A stretch of DNA of 64,000 nt, taken from assembly GCA_027858745.1 (NCBI GenBank), contig JAQICB010000151.1:10925-74924 (forward strand), given 5' to 3'. The DNA comes from Bacteroidales bacterium. Its GTDB lineage: Bacteria > Bacteroidota > Bacteroidia > Bacteroidales > UBA1715. The translations under genes were made by a program, and so were the position numbers. The notes beneath the pieces were generated by a model, which did not search any database, was not told the DNA's origin, and worked only from the letters and a program-made list of their open reading frames with translations. Shown here one piece after another: positions 28,848 through 38,812 of the stretch; positions within the stretch are counted from its first letter, which is position 1; every line of letters begins with the position of its first letter.

Positions 28848-31800
28848 ATATGTTCGATGTATATGGTTTTTCTGTTGTTTGCTGTGTGCAAGTGGCTCAT
28901 ATGCACAAGTAGAATATGATACAACAACCTATTCCGTCCGTTTTTTTACGCACGACGAAAGTATGTGGAATGCAGGAGTAAATTATTCATTACCTCCCAT
29001 CGAAAAATATTATTCTTTTAGTTGGAATCAGTCCAAAACTCTTGGTGGAATGGAGTCGGTAGTGGGAATGGATTTTGGCATGCAATTTTATGCTAAAACC
29101 AAAGGACTTGTTGGTATTGGTTTTTATATGTCAGGCATCAATGGTGGAAATATCGATTCGATAGTGTATCCAATAGAAGTGAAATTTATTATTCCCAAAG
29201 GCGAGTATATCAATGCGGGGCAAACAATTAAAATAATTTCGGAAACAAAAGTCGATGAATCGCAACGACCAACTGTTGAAACTACCTTTCCATTGGAGGG
29301 AAAAATTGGTATAAACCTCGATGTGGATTTGGAAACGGATTTTAACCTGAGAACCTGTGCTTTTGATGTTTGTATAAAATTAGATCCAAAGGATATTCAT
29401 GGATGTGTGGGGACGATTATGGATTTTGAAATGCCAGAGGGACCATTTTTGGAATTAAGTACTTTTAATAATAATCCCCAAGCAACTGTTCCGGCTATTG
29501 GGCCTATTCCCTGTAATTTGCCGAATTTGACACTTAATATACCTTGTTTTGGGCAACAACAATTAATTCAGTATGATGATTTTTGGCCAACGACACAGGT
29601 AATTGAATTTTTCCCAATTGAGTTTGGTTCGTCACGAACAATTCATAGTAAACACCCCCTTTCGTATGTACAAAAAGCGGCAAAAGCCTACGAAGAGTGT
29701 ATACAAGATACCGTGAATACACATAAATCAGAAGCTGAGTGTCTGGCAACAAGTGATAATATAAGAAGTGTGCGTGACATTGTACGGGGCGACCAACAAT
29801 TGGAGCAGTTTGTTGAAGGGGCATTTTCTTTACCTTTTATTGACACTTTATATACCACGGTTTCGGATAATAACCTTCGCTCACGCGGTTCTGCTACTGC
29901 TGTTGATATGACATTTAAACCACTTAATCTTATGGCAGGTGGTAAGTTTCATGATGGAAGAATTGATTTGCCGGTTCCATGTACTAATGCGAGTATGTAT
30001 GCCAAGTACATGCTGATTCGACCGGAGTTTAATATGAATGTAGATTTAAAACAGGATTTTAATTTCGATGCGAAAGTGGTGGTTACCTTGCTGCTGCCTG
30101 CAAAATTGGATTATCGAGTAAAGAATAAACAAGGGACAATCCTTACAAGCGGACACGATAGTGTTATTACGTACCAAATAGGATATGATTTGTTTATTGA
30201 TTTCCCCTGTAATTATGAATATATGGATTTTAACCCCGTGTTTCGGGTAGAAAATGAATTGACGAATCGTACCTATGTCAGCATACAAAACGATGGAACA
30301 TTACAGGCTTTGGAAATAGGAATTGGAATGGATGATATTGTTGTGGTGCCTGAAATTACCATTCATATTCCGGTACCCTTTACTGATGGATATGATATTA
30401 CAATTCCTGAAGTTTCTTTTGGTTTTGAGGCATCTGTCGGACCTTTAATCGATGAAAGTATTTCTAAATATATGAGTAATCCGCAAGATTTGAATATTGA
30501 TATTAATATATTTCATAAAACATGGGAAATTACTTCTTTTGATGAAATACCGATGCCTTCGTTTCGCGTGGCTCCATCAAAATTATTAACTCAGGTTGAT
30601 GATTATACAATAGCTTGTTATGGTGATGTTGCAGGTGAGCTGGAAGTAGAGACGCAGGCAGGGACGCCACCGTTTGCCTATATATGGTCGAATCAGAAAT
30701 CAAGTAAAAAAATTACGAATCTCGCTCCCGGTGATTATTATGTAAAAGTCCGCGATAAAAATGGCTGCGAAGTTGTAAATGGTGCGGTGGTACATGAGCG
30801 ACCGCAGTTGGAAATAAACACCCGTGATATTATGCATCCTCGCTGTTTCAATTACCGAACCGGTGCAATTGTCACTGAGGTAAGTGGCGGAACACCTCCG
30901 TATTCGTATTCATGGTCAAATAATGTAAATCAAAGTTCTATTGAAAACCTGAGAGCGGGAACGTATATTTTTGAGTTGACTGATAATAATAATTGTAAAA
31001 TTCAGCAGGAATATACGCTTACAGAACCACCTCCTTTGAAAACGTATGTAAATTATAAAACAGATGTGTTGTGTTATGGCGAAAAAACCGGTAGTGTATA
31101 TGTGAATGTTACCGGCGGTGTACCGGGGTATGATTTTCAGTGGTCAACCGGTAATGTATCGCAAAATATTGATAGCATTGTTGCGGGTATACATACGCTG
31201 ACGGTTTTCGATAGAAATAATTGTCAAACAATTCGTACCGTTGAGATTATGCAACCACCTCAGTTACAATTGGAAATTACGGAAGAACATCCGATAAGTT
31301 GCTACAAAGGTGACGACGGAACCTTATTGGCTCGTATTATTGGTGGCACACAGCCTTATAATATTTCGTGGTATAGTCCGCAGTATACCTTGCGGCATTC
31401 TGAACCATTGTTGGATAGTCTTTCGGAAGGTTTATATCAGGTTGAGGTTTTTGATGATCATAATTGTTATCACAAAGACACGTTTTATCTCACTGCTCCC
31501 CAAGAACCTTTTCGAAGCACATTGAAACCGAAACATGTTTCCTGTTATGGATTGCATGACGGAGAATTTGATATTTCGGTTTTTGGCGGTCAGGCTCCAT
31601 ATTCATATTCCTGGTCTGACGGTTCAGTTTATGCTGATAGATATGCTTTGCCTGCCGGAACGTATGAGGTGAAAATTGCCGATTCACGTTTGTGTGAAAC
31701 GATTAATAATATGGTGCTGCTTCAACCACCTCCTTTGGACGGAACATTTACTCCAACATTGGTTTCCTGCGATGGTGAATATGACGGGAAACTTGAATTT

Positions 31801-32232
31801 TCGCCTCACGGAGGTACGCCACCATATCAATTTTCCTGGAGTGCCGGTGATACTGAAGCTTTGGCAGTAGATTTACCGCAAGGTTATCATACACTTATGC
31901 TTACTGATAGTAAAGGCTGTGTTGATGATTTTGAGTATGAATTGGGTGTTGACGGAAGTGCGTGTTTTGATATTCCGACGGCATTTTCCCCAAATAATGA
32001 TAATTATAATGACACCTGGGTTATTAAAAATATTTCGGCAATGTATCCTCACAATTCGGTAGAAATTTTTACGAAAGACGGATATGTTTTATATTTTTCG
32101 GGAGAAGACGGATATGAGCCTTGGAATGGTACACATAAAGGAAAAGATGTTCCTGCGGGGAGCTATTATTATATTATTGATTTGGGTAATGGAACACAAG
32201 TAATTCAAGGAACAATAACAATTCTTAGATAG
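28840..32232 (+). CDS. SprB-repeat protein with T9SS type B (CHU_C / gliding-motility-associated) C-terminal sorting domain
   Basis: 1130 aa. Signal peptide, then an unassigned ~590-aa N-terminal region. Six ~70-aa SprB repeats follow (C.G...G......GGt.PY.y.WS.......i..L.aG.Y.v.v.D...C). C-terminal motif IPTAFSPNNDNYNDTW...GTITILR. Confidence 0.85.
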   Translation: MNKYVRCIWFFCCLLCASGSYAQVEYDTTTYSVRFFTHDESMWNAGVNYSLPPIEKYYSFSWNQSKTLGGMESVVGMDFGMQFYAKTKGLVGIGFYMSGINGGNIDSIVYPIEVKFIIPKGEYINAGQTIKIISETKVDESQRPTVETTFPLEGKIGINLDVDLETDFNLRTCAFDVCIKLDPKDIHGCVGTIMDFEMPEGPFLELSTFNNNPQATVPAIGPIPCNLPNLTLNIPCFGQQQLIQYDDFWPTTQVIEFFPIEFGSSRTIHSKHPLSYVQKAAKAYEECIQDTVNTHKSEAECLATSDNIRSVRDIVRGDQQLEQFVEGAFSLPFIDTLYTTVSDNNLRSRGSATAVDMTFKPLNLMAGGKFHDGRIDLPVPCTNASMYAKYMLIRPEFNMNVDLKQDFNFDAKVVVTLLLPAKLDYRVKNKQGTILTSGHDSVITYQIGYDLFIDFPCNYEYMDFNPVFRVENELTNRTYVSIQNDGTLQALEIGIGMDDIVVVPEITIHIPVPFTDGYDITIPEVSFGFEASVGPLIDESISKYMSNPQDLNIDINIFHKTWEITSFDEIPMPSFRVAPSKLLTQVDDYTIACYGDVAGELEVETQAGTPPFAYIWSNQKSSKKITNLAPGDYYVKVRDKNGCEVVNGAVVHERPQLEINTRDIMHPRCFNYRTGAIVTEVSGGTPPYSYSWSNNVNQSSIENLRAGTYIFELTDNNNCKIQQEYTLTEPPPLKTYVNYKTDVLCYGEKTGSVYVNVTGGVPGYDFQWSTGNVSQNIDSIVAGIHTLTVFDRNNCQTIRTVEIMQPPQLQLEITEEHPISCYKGDDGTLLARIIGGTQPYNISWYSPQYTLRHSEPLLDSLSEGLYQVEVFDDHNCYHKDTFYLTAPQEPFRSTLKPKHVSCYGLHDGEFDISVFGGQAPYSYSWSDGSVYADRYALPAGTYEVKIADSRLCETINNMVLLQPPPLDGTFTPTLVSCDGEYDGKLEFSPHGGTPPYQFSWSAGDTEALAVDLPQGYHTLMLTDSKGCVDDFEYELGVDGSACFDIPTAFSPNNDNYNDTWVIKNISAMYPHNSVEIFTKDGYVLYFSGEDGYEPWNGTHKGKDVPAGSYYYIIDLGNGTQVIQGTITILR

Positions 32233-32238
32233 AATAGT

Positions 32239-33966
32239 ATGAAATATGTATTTATCATTTGTATCAGTATGTGTCTGAATTTCTGTATGGTGTCTTCGCT
32301 CTATTCGCAGGGCTGCACATATAGTGTGAATATTCAGGTGACTCATGTTGCCTGTTATGGAGAAAGTACCGGTCGTGCTACTGCTCAGCCCCAACCATCG
32401 GGTTCGTACACCTATTTGTGGTCTACCGGTGAAACATCGAATACTATAGAAAATGTACAAGCTCAAACATATTTTGTGAAAGTGACGGATTCGAAAGGCT
32501 GTGAAATCATTGAATTTATTACGATTACGCAACCGCCGAAACTTGAAATGTCGGCTGAAGTTATTGAACCAACTTGTTATAATGAAAATTCAGGTTCGGT
32601 CTCGCTTTCTGTATCCGGTGGGGTAGAACCGTATTCGTTTAATTGGAGTAATAATGTTACAACTGCCGATAATATTGATATTTATAGCGGCACATATACG
32701 GTTACCGTGACTGATGATAATTTTTGTGAGATAACGGAGTCGTATACCTTAGACCAACCTGATAGAATCGTAACTTCTGCGGTAGTTGAAAATGTTCGCG
32801 GATATGGTTTGTCTGATGGTTCTATAGATATTACTACTGAAGGAGGCGAGCATCCGTACACGTATGAATGGACGAATTCTGTCGATTTCTCTGCTTCTAC
32901 CGAAGATGTGTATCTTATATCATCGGATACATATTCTTTAAAGATTACCGATACCAATGAGTGTGAGTATGACACCTCTATTTTTGTATCGCAACCGCCA
33001 CCCTTAGAAATGACGGGAACAGTAACCGATGTGTATTGTTATGATAATAGTGATGGTACTGTTGAGGTTTCGGTATCAGGGGGCGTGCCTCCGTATACCT
33101 ATGTTTGGGGAGATTCGGCGAAGAAATTGAATAATACAACCGCTACTTTGAGTTCTATTCCAACCGGCTATTATTATGTTACTGCTACAGATAATAATCA
33201 AATTTCGGTTTCTGATTCGTTTTTTGTAGATCAGCCTCATAAAATTGTTGCACATATTGAAACAGTGAATGCCTATTGTTTTGATTCGCTCAACGGGCAT
33301 GCCTATTTAACCGTGTCGGGTGGTATGCCGCCATATACGTATTTATGGTCGAATGAGACGAATACCCAACATAATGAATATATACATGCCGGAGACTATT
33401 CGGTGGAAATTGTTGATATGAATGGTTGTTTTCGACGAATGGAAGCGACTGTGGGGCAACCCGATAGTATTGAGATTCACACACAGGTTCGGCATATTAC
33501 CTGTAAAGATCATCATAATGGTATTATTACCACGAACGTCTCCGGAGGAATTTCACCATATTCGTATAGCTGGTCAAACGGCAAAACGGCGGATTATATC
33601 GATATGCTTGATGTTGGTGAATATACGGTAGTTGTTACCGATAATCACAATTGTCCCATGTCGGTTACCGAAGAGGTGTTGATACCGATAAACGGATGTA
33701 TTTCAATACCAAATGCATTTACACCCAATAATGATAAGTATAATGATGCTTGGGAAATAGAGAATTATTACCTCTATCCGGATATTGAGGTGCTGGTGTA
33801 TAATAAGGACGGACATTTAGTTTTTGAGAGTATTGGGTATCACGAAAGTTGGAATGGGACATATAAAAATGCCGGAAATGATAGTCCCTCCGGAACATAT
33901 TATTATGTGGTAAATTTGCATAATGGCGACCCCATATATAAAGGAATTGTAACACTTATGAGATAA
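32239..33966 (+). CDS. SprB-repeat protein with T9SS type B C-terminal sorting domain
   Basis: 575 aa. Signal peptide, six SprB repeats, and C-terminal IPNAFTPNNDKYNDAWEI...GIVTLMR. Starts 6 nt after the previous stop. Confidence 0.85.
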   Translation: MKYVFIICISMCLNFCMVSSLYSQGCTYSVNIQVTHVACYGESTGRATAQPQPSGSYTYLWSTGETSNTIENVQAQTYFVKVTDSKGCEIIEFITITQPPKLEMSAEVIEPTCYNENSGSVSLSVSGGVEPYSFNWSNNVTTADNIDIYSGTYTVTVTDDNFCEITESYTLDQPDRIVTSAVVENVRGYGLSDGSIDITTEGGEHPYTYEWTNSVDFSASTEDVYLISSDTYSLKITDTNECEYDTSIFVSQPPPLEMTGTVTDVYCYDNSDGTVEVSVSGGVPPYTYVWGDSAKKLNNTTATLSSIPTGYYYVTATDNNQISVSDSFFVDQPHKIVAHIETVNAYCFDSLNGHAYLTVSGGMPPYTYLWSNETNTQHNEYIHAGDYSVEIVDMNGCFRRMEATVGQPDSIEIHTQVRHITCKDHHNGIITTNVSGGISPYSYSWSNGKTADYIDMLDVGEYTVVVTDNHNCPMSVTEEVLIPINGCISIPNAFTPNNDKYNDAWEIENYYLYPDIEVLVYNKDGHLVFESIGYHESWNGTYKNAGNDSPSGTYYYVVNLHNGDPIYKGIVTLMR

Positions 33967-33972
33967 GGTAAT

Positions 33973-34905
33973 ATGAAAAAAGTATTTGTAATTATTATCA
34001 GTGTGTGGACTATTCACACAGCGTTTGCTCAGCAATTTTCTGCAAACACATTATACGATTGGAATAAAATTGTACGAAATCCTGCCTTTGCAGGCACATC
34101 GAACACAACAGATATTTCCTTTCAAATGCGTCAGCAATGGCTCGGTTTCGAAGATTCTCCTCGAAATCAATACATAACGACACAGAGTTTGTTGAAAAAC
34201 GGTATTGGTATTGGCGGTGTATTGTTTAATAATTCTACCGGACCTACGAAACAAACAGGACTGAAGGCGGCTTTTGCAAAACACCTGAAATTAACGTCGG
34301 ATACTTGGTTGTCCTTATCTTTAAGTTTTGATATTTATCAAAATTATTACGACAAATCGCGTTTGCATACCGGTTTGCCTAATGACCCTGCAATAGAAGA
34401 ATCATTGTTCGGACAAAAATTAGCACCCGATGCATCATTCGGTGCGGTGTATTTTTCTGATTATTATTATGCCGGATTTTCTATTTCAAATATTACTGAA
34501 TCGAAATATGATTTATTTACCACTAATTCTGATTTTAGTAATCCCATTTCGCGTACCTATTTTCTAATGGCGGGATATTCATTAGAAATTGATGAAGAAT
34601 TTTTTTATAATCCATCATGTGTACTTACCAAAACCGGCGGATTGCCTATGGAGTTTGACATGGCTCATAAAGTCTATTATAAATCATTAATAGGAGGGAT
34701 ATCATATCGTTCGAACAATGATGTGAGCCTTATTTTAGGAGCACATTTTGCAGAGTTTTACGAAATAGTATATGCCTATGATTATGCAATAAATACTTTG
34801 GGTGAATATTCAACCGGAAATCATGAGGTAGTGCTGAAATTTGCCATACCTAATACAAATAAAAATAAAGGTAAAGAAGGTAGACGCATGGATGTGTTGT
34901 GGTAA
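33973..34905 (+). CDS. PorP/SprF family type IX secretion system membrane protein
   Basis: 310 aa. Signal peptide ending AFAQQ, then FS.N.LY....RNPAFAG, the hallmark start of the PorP/SprF family. Beta-barrel-like alternating pattern throughout. Sits immediately downstream of type B CTD cargo genes. Confidence 0.85.
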   Translation: MKKVFVIIISVWTIHTAFAQQFSANTLYDWNKIVRNPAFAGTSNTTDISFQMRQQWLGFEDSPRNQYITTQSLLKNGIGIGGVLFNNSTGPTKQTGLKAAFAKHLKLTSDTWLSLSLSFDIYQNYYDKSRLHTGLPNDPAIEESLFGQKLAPDASFGAVYFSDYYYAGFSISNITESKYDLFTTNSDFSNPISRTYFLMAGYSLEIDEEFFYNPSCVLTKTGGLPMEFDMAHKVYYKSLIGGISYRSNNDVSLILGAHFAEFYEIVYAYDYAINTLGEYSTGNHEVVLKFAIPNTNKNKGKEGRRMDVLW

Positions 34906-34930
34906 AAATGATAGAAAATATGTATATGTT

Positions 34931-34970
34931 AAAAAAAACTCTGTGAATCAATAGAATTCACAGAGTTTAG
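34931..34970. terminator. Bidirectional rho-independent terminator
   Basis: Perfect 12-bp stem aactctgtgaat / attcacagagtt with a 7-nt loop, preceded by an A8 run. Lies between convergent genes. Confidence 0.7.
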
Positions 34971-35007
34971 AGACAATTTTTTAGTTTTATGTTATAGTTT
35001 TTGCAAT

Positions 35008-35538
35008 TTATAATGTATAAAATACACCTAAACCTATTACATTTTCAAAATCTTCTTTTGTGTTTAATAAATATGAAACTCTAAAACCAACGGGGTTTTC
35101 TTGTAATATTGCTCGCATTCCCGCATTAACAACTAGACCCGCAGCGTTATTATAATCAGAGCCAAAACTGTCGCTAGAGCCTATTTTACTTATTCCAAAT
35201 CCCAATCCTGCAAAACCACCAAATGATGATTTGGTATCAGGGTTTGCACCATGTCCAAAATTTATTTCTGCAACAATTGGTAAATCTAATGCAAATGAAT
35301 TTAACCCGTCTTGTGAATTATACAAAAAACCTATTCCTAAATGTGTCCCTGCAGAGATGGTTAATTCTTTATTTAATTCAACAAAATTAACTCTTGGAGA
35401 ATATGTGATTGCTGGAGCTGACGCTAATGAGCTGACATATAGCCCTCCACCTACTGAATGAGAAAATGATACTTGCCCAAAAGAAAATTGAGATAATAAT
35501 AGTAATGAACCAAATAATACAATTTTTTAAATTTTCAT
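35008..35538 (-). pseudogene. Small outer-membrane beta-barrel protein gene with in-frame TAA at codon 4
   Basis: The 177-codon frame from ATG 35538 reads MKI*KIVLFGSLLLLSQFSFGQVSFSHSVGGGLYV...VIGLGVFYTL. This is a signal peptide plus a Gly/aromatic-rich beta-strand pattern. The TAA is at 35529-35527. The ORF track recovers only the 3' 105 codons, from a TTG. Confidence 0.55.
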
Positions 35539-35878
35539 ATGTTTTATATTAAAAATGAGTCCGTTTTTTTTAGTGGGGTCTGGTCTCCACTATTTATAAT
35601 TGTATGACTATTAAAATTCGTATGTTGAATATATGTGTTTCTACTCACAAACATATGAGTAAAATTTTTCGAAGATATAAATTTTTTATAAAAAATCGGC
35701 AATCATAAAAAAGAATTTAAATCAACTCATCTTATCAGGGAAGATTCTGAATAGCAAAAATCACTTCGAACAAAAGGTGTTTATATCAGTTCTTTTAATT
35801 TGTAACATATTCAACCATAAAAAAAAGCTAAAAACACTGTAATTTTTATACCTTTGCCGCAAATTAAAATCATTCAGT

Positions 35879-36811
35879 ATGAGTGTTTCTCAAATAGTAC
35901 AAAAATCATCAAAAACCTTGTTTTCTTTTGAGGTGTTACCGCCTCTCAGGGGAAAAGGTATTGATTCAGTTTACAATACGGTTGAACCATTAATTCAATA
36001 CAATCCGAGTTTTATAACTATTACCTCGCATCGTGAACAATATGATGTGCAAAATAACAAAATCCGTCGTCGACCGGGAACAGTTGCTATTGCTGCTGCG
36101 TTGAAATATCAGTACGATATTCCGGTAGTACCGCATATTTTGTGTGGTGGATTTACGCGAAGCGAAACCGAATATGTTTTAATTGATTTGAATTTTCTGG
36201 GTATTCATGATGTGTTGGCTCTTCGTGGTGATGGATTGAAAAGTCAGAAAGAATATGTGCCTGAACCTCATGGTAATGCATATGCGGTGGATTTGTTACA
36301 GCAAATTATTGATATGAATCATGGGAAATATTTGGGTGATACAGAGAAACTGCAATCTCATCCTACAAATTTTATAACCGGAGTTGCAGGGTATCCTGAA
36401 AAACATTATTCTGCACCTAACCTTGATGCAGACATTCAATTTTTAAAACAAAAACAGGATGCCGGTGCAGAATATGTTATAACACAAATGTTTTTTGACA
36501 ATGAGGTGTATTATTCTTTCGTCGAAAAATGTCGGGCTGCGGGTGTTACTATTCCTATAATTCCGGGAATTAAACCTATTGGTTTTTTGTCTCAAATACA
36601 GGTTTTACCCGAAATATTTCATACCAAATTTCCCGAAGAATTAGTTCGTGAACTTCACACGTGTAAAACAAATGAAGATGCCAAAAAAGTTGGTACCGAA
36701 TGGGCTATTTATCAAGCTAAAGATTTGGTGAAACATAATGTGCCGAGTCTTCATCTATTTACCTATAGTAGTCCGCAACAGTCTATAGAAATTGTAGAAG
36801 CTGCATTATAA
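35879..36811 (+). CDS. metF: Methylenetetrahydrofolate reductase
   Basis: 310 aa. FSFEVLPP start and the MetF-type TIM-barrel pattern (ITQMFFD). Confidence 0.9.
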   Translation: MSVSQIVQKSSKTLFSFEVLPPLRGKGIDSVYNTVEPLIQYNPSFITITSHREQYDVQNNKIRRRPGTVAIAAALKYQYDIPVVPHILCGGFTRSETEYVLIDLNFLGIHDVLALRGDGLKSQKEYVPEPHGNAYAVDLLQQIIDMNHGKYLGDTEKLQSHPTNFITGVAGYPEKHYSAPNLDADIQFLKQKQDAGAEYVITQMFFDNEVYYSFVEKCRAAGVTIPIIPGIKPIGFLSQIQVLPEIFHTKFPEELVRELHTCKTNEDAKKVGTEWAIYQAKDLVKHNVPSLHLFTYSSPQQSIEIVEAAL

Positions 36812-38742
36812 TGATATCACTTCAGGATATATCGGTGCGGTTTGGTGGAGACACCTTATTTGATAAGGTTTCGGTAATGATTTCTCCGCAAGATAAAATT
36901 GGTTTGGTTGGACGAAATGGTGCCGGAAAATCGACTTTGCTTAAATTGATTATTGGCGAAGAATCTCCTTCGGAAGGTACTATTGCAATTTCGCAAGATT
37001 TAACTCTTGGCTATTTGCCACAGCAAATGAAAATTGCTGATGGTAAATCGGTAATGGATGAGGTACTATCTGCCTTCGACGAATTAAATAGAATTAATGC
37101 ACGAATTGATTTCTTGCAAGATCAGTTGGAGTCTCGTACCGATTATGAATCTGACGAGTATGGTGAGCTTATTCAGGAAATTTCCGAAAAAACAGAATAT
37201 GTTTCAATGCACGGTTTCGATTCTCTCGAAGGTGAGGCGGAACGAATGTTGACAGGTTTAGGATTTGAACGAACAGATTTTATTCGTCCAACTTCTGAAT
37301 TTAGCGGTGGCTGGCGAATGCGGATTGAATTGGCAAAATTGCTACTGAAAAATCCTGATATCTTGTTGCTCGATGAGCCGACAAATCACCTCGATATTGT
37401 GTCTATTGATTGGCTTGAGGGTTTTCTGAAACAATATAAAGGTATTATCATTTTAATATCGCATGACCGTGCTTTTCTCGATGCTATTACAGATAAAACA
37501 TTTGAAATTAGTTTGCAAAAACTGACAGTGTATGTTGCACCATATTCAAAATATTTGATACTTAAAGAAGAACGGTACGAACAGGAATTGGCAGCGTACG
37601 AAAATCAACAAAAAATGATTGCTGAAACCGAAAAATTTATTGAGCGATTTCGGTACAAAGCAACAAAATCTGTTCAGGTACAGTCACGTATTAAACAACT
37701 TAACAAAATCGACCGTTTAGAAATTGAAAAACCGGAAACCGGTGCTATCCGAATTTCTTTTCCCCCGGCTCCTCGTGCCGGTTCGGTTGTGCTTAACATG
37801 AAAAATGTAACCAAAGAATATGGTGATCATGTGGTTCTGAAAGATGTGAATTTGGCAATAGAACGCGGACATAAAATTGCTTTGTTGGGTAAAAATGGTG
37901 AGGGAAAATCTACCTGTATTAAAACTATTCTTCAAGAAATAGAGTATCAGGGCGATATTGTGCTCGGGCGTAATGTTGAAATCGGGTATTTTGCACAAAA
38001 TCAAGATCAGATTTTAAATAATTCGAAAACAGTATTTGAAACGCTGGATTCTATTGCAGTAGGCGATGTGCGGACAAAAGTTCGTGATATATTGGGTGCG
38101 TTTTATTTTAGTGGCGATGATGTTGAGAAGAAAGTAGCGGTGTTGTCGGGTGGTGAACGAAATCGTTTGGCAATGGCAAAACTAATGTTGCAACCATATA
38201 ATTTGCTCATTCTCGATGAGCCGACAAACCACTTGGATATTCAGTCGAAAGCGGTATTAAAAGCAGCACTCAAAAAATATGATGGAACAGTAATTTTAGT
38301 TTCGCACGACAGGGATTTTTTACATGGTCTTACTACACATTTGTATGAGGTTAAAAATACTCAAATTAAAGAAATTATTGGAGATTTGAAGTCCTATTTG
38401 AAACGGTTACATACCGAAGAATTGTCCTCGAATTCTCAAAATTCAAAAAAAAACGAAAATAAGACTGTTGCAAATTCTCAAAAAAAGCAATTGTTCGATA
38501 AAAAAGAATGGGATCGACGGGTACGAAAAGTCAAAACGGAAATTTCTCGCTTAGAAACACAAATAGAAAAATTGGAAAGAGAAAAGGCTGATATAAATGC
38601 AACAATGATTGGGCAAGCTGGAAACGTATCGCCGGATCTTTACACCAAACATGCGGATATGCAAAAAGAAATTGAACGTAGTGAAAATGATTGGGAAGTA
38701 TTACTCCATAAACTTTCCGGTTTAGAAGCCGAAAATCAGTAA
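36811..38742 (+). CDS. ABC-F family ATPase (two ABC domains, no TM domain)
   Basis: 643 aa. Two Walker A motifs (GRNGAGKST, GKNGEGKST), two signature motifs (FSGGWRMR, LSGGERNR), an inter-domain linker and a C-terminal coiled-coil. Confidence 0.9.
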   Translation: MISLQDISVRFGGDTLFDKVSVMISPQDKIGLVGRNGAGKSTLLKLIIGEESPSEGTIAISQDLTLGYLPQQMKIADGKSVMDEVLSAFDELNRINARIDFLQDQLESRTDYESDEYGELIQEISEKTEYVSMHGFDSLEGEAERMLTGLGFERTDFIRPTSEFSGGWRMRIELAKLLLKNPDILLLDEPTNHLDIVSIDWLEGFLKQYKGIIILISHDRAFLDAITDKTFEISLQKLTVYVAPYSKYLILKEERYEQELAAYENQQKMIAETEKFIERFRYKATKSVQVQSRIKQLNKIDRLEIEKPETGAIRISFPPAPRAGSVVLNMKNVTKEYGDHVVLKDVNLAIERGHKIALLGKNGEGKSTCIKTILQEIEYQGDIVLGRNVEIGYFAQNQDQILNNSKTVFETLDSIAVGDVRTKVRDILGAFYFSGDDVEKKVAVLSGGERNRLAMAKLMLQPYNLLILDEPTNHLDIQSKAVLKAALKKYDGTVILVSHDRDFLHGLTTHLYEVKNTQIKEIIGDLKSYLKRLHTEELSSNSQNSKKNENKTVANSQKKQLFDKKEWDRRVRKVKTEISRLETQIEKLEREKADINATMIGQAGNVSPDLYTKHADMQKEIERSENDWEVLLHKLSGLEAENQ

Positions 38743-38812
38743 CATATTTTCAAATTTCTCCGTATGTGACTATATATAATATGCTATTAATATTTTAATA
38801 ACTTGTAGTTTT

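Noticed and set aside
32089-32532. 147-aa minus-strand ORF spanning the junction of the two SprB-repeat genes
   Set aside because: It is antisense to two well-supported CDSs and crosses their 6-nt intergenic gap. It is not credible as a gene.
30600-33700. Periodic ~200-bp structure that might be mistaken for a DNA tandem repeat or CRISPR-like array
   Set aside because: The periodicity is at protein level (SprB repeats). The nucleotide copies are diverged, contiguous with no spacers, and lie inside long ORFs. I saw no CRISPR array anywhere in the window.
35527-35529. Stop-codon reassignment (TAA read as sense) as the explanation for the interrupted OMP gene
   Set aside because: Conserved genes across the window (polA, fabD, glnS, pckA and others) have normal lengths and normal stops, with no internal TAA needed. 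An isolated lesion or error is more parsimonious.
35539-35878. Possible SAM or other riboswitch upstream of metF
   Set aside because: Only a short fortuitous tcttatcaggga string is present. None of the paired conserved SAM-I/II/IV elements could be found, and there is no convincing terminator/antiterminator pair.
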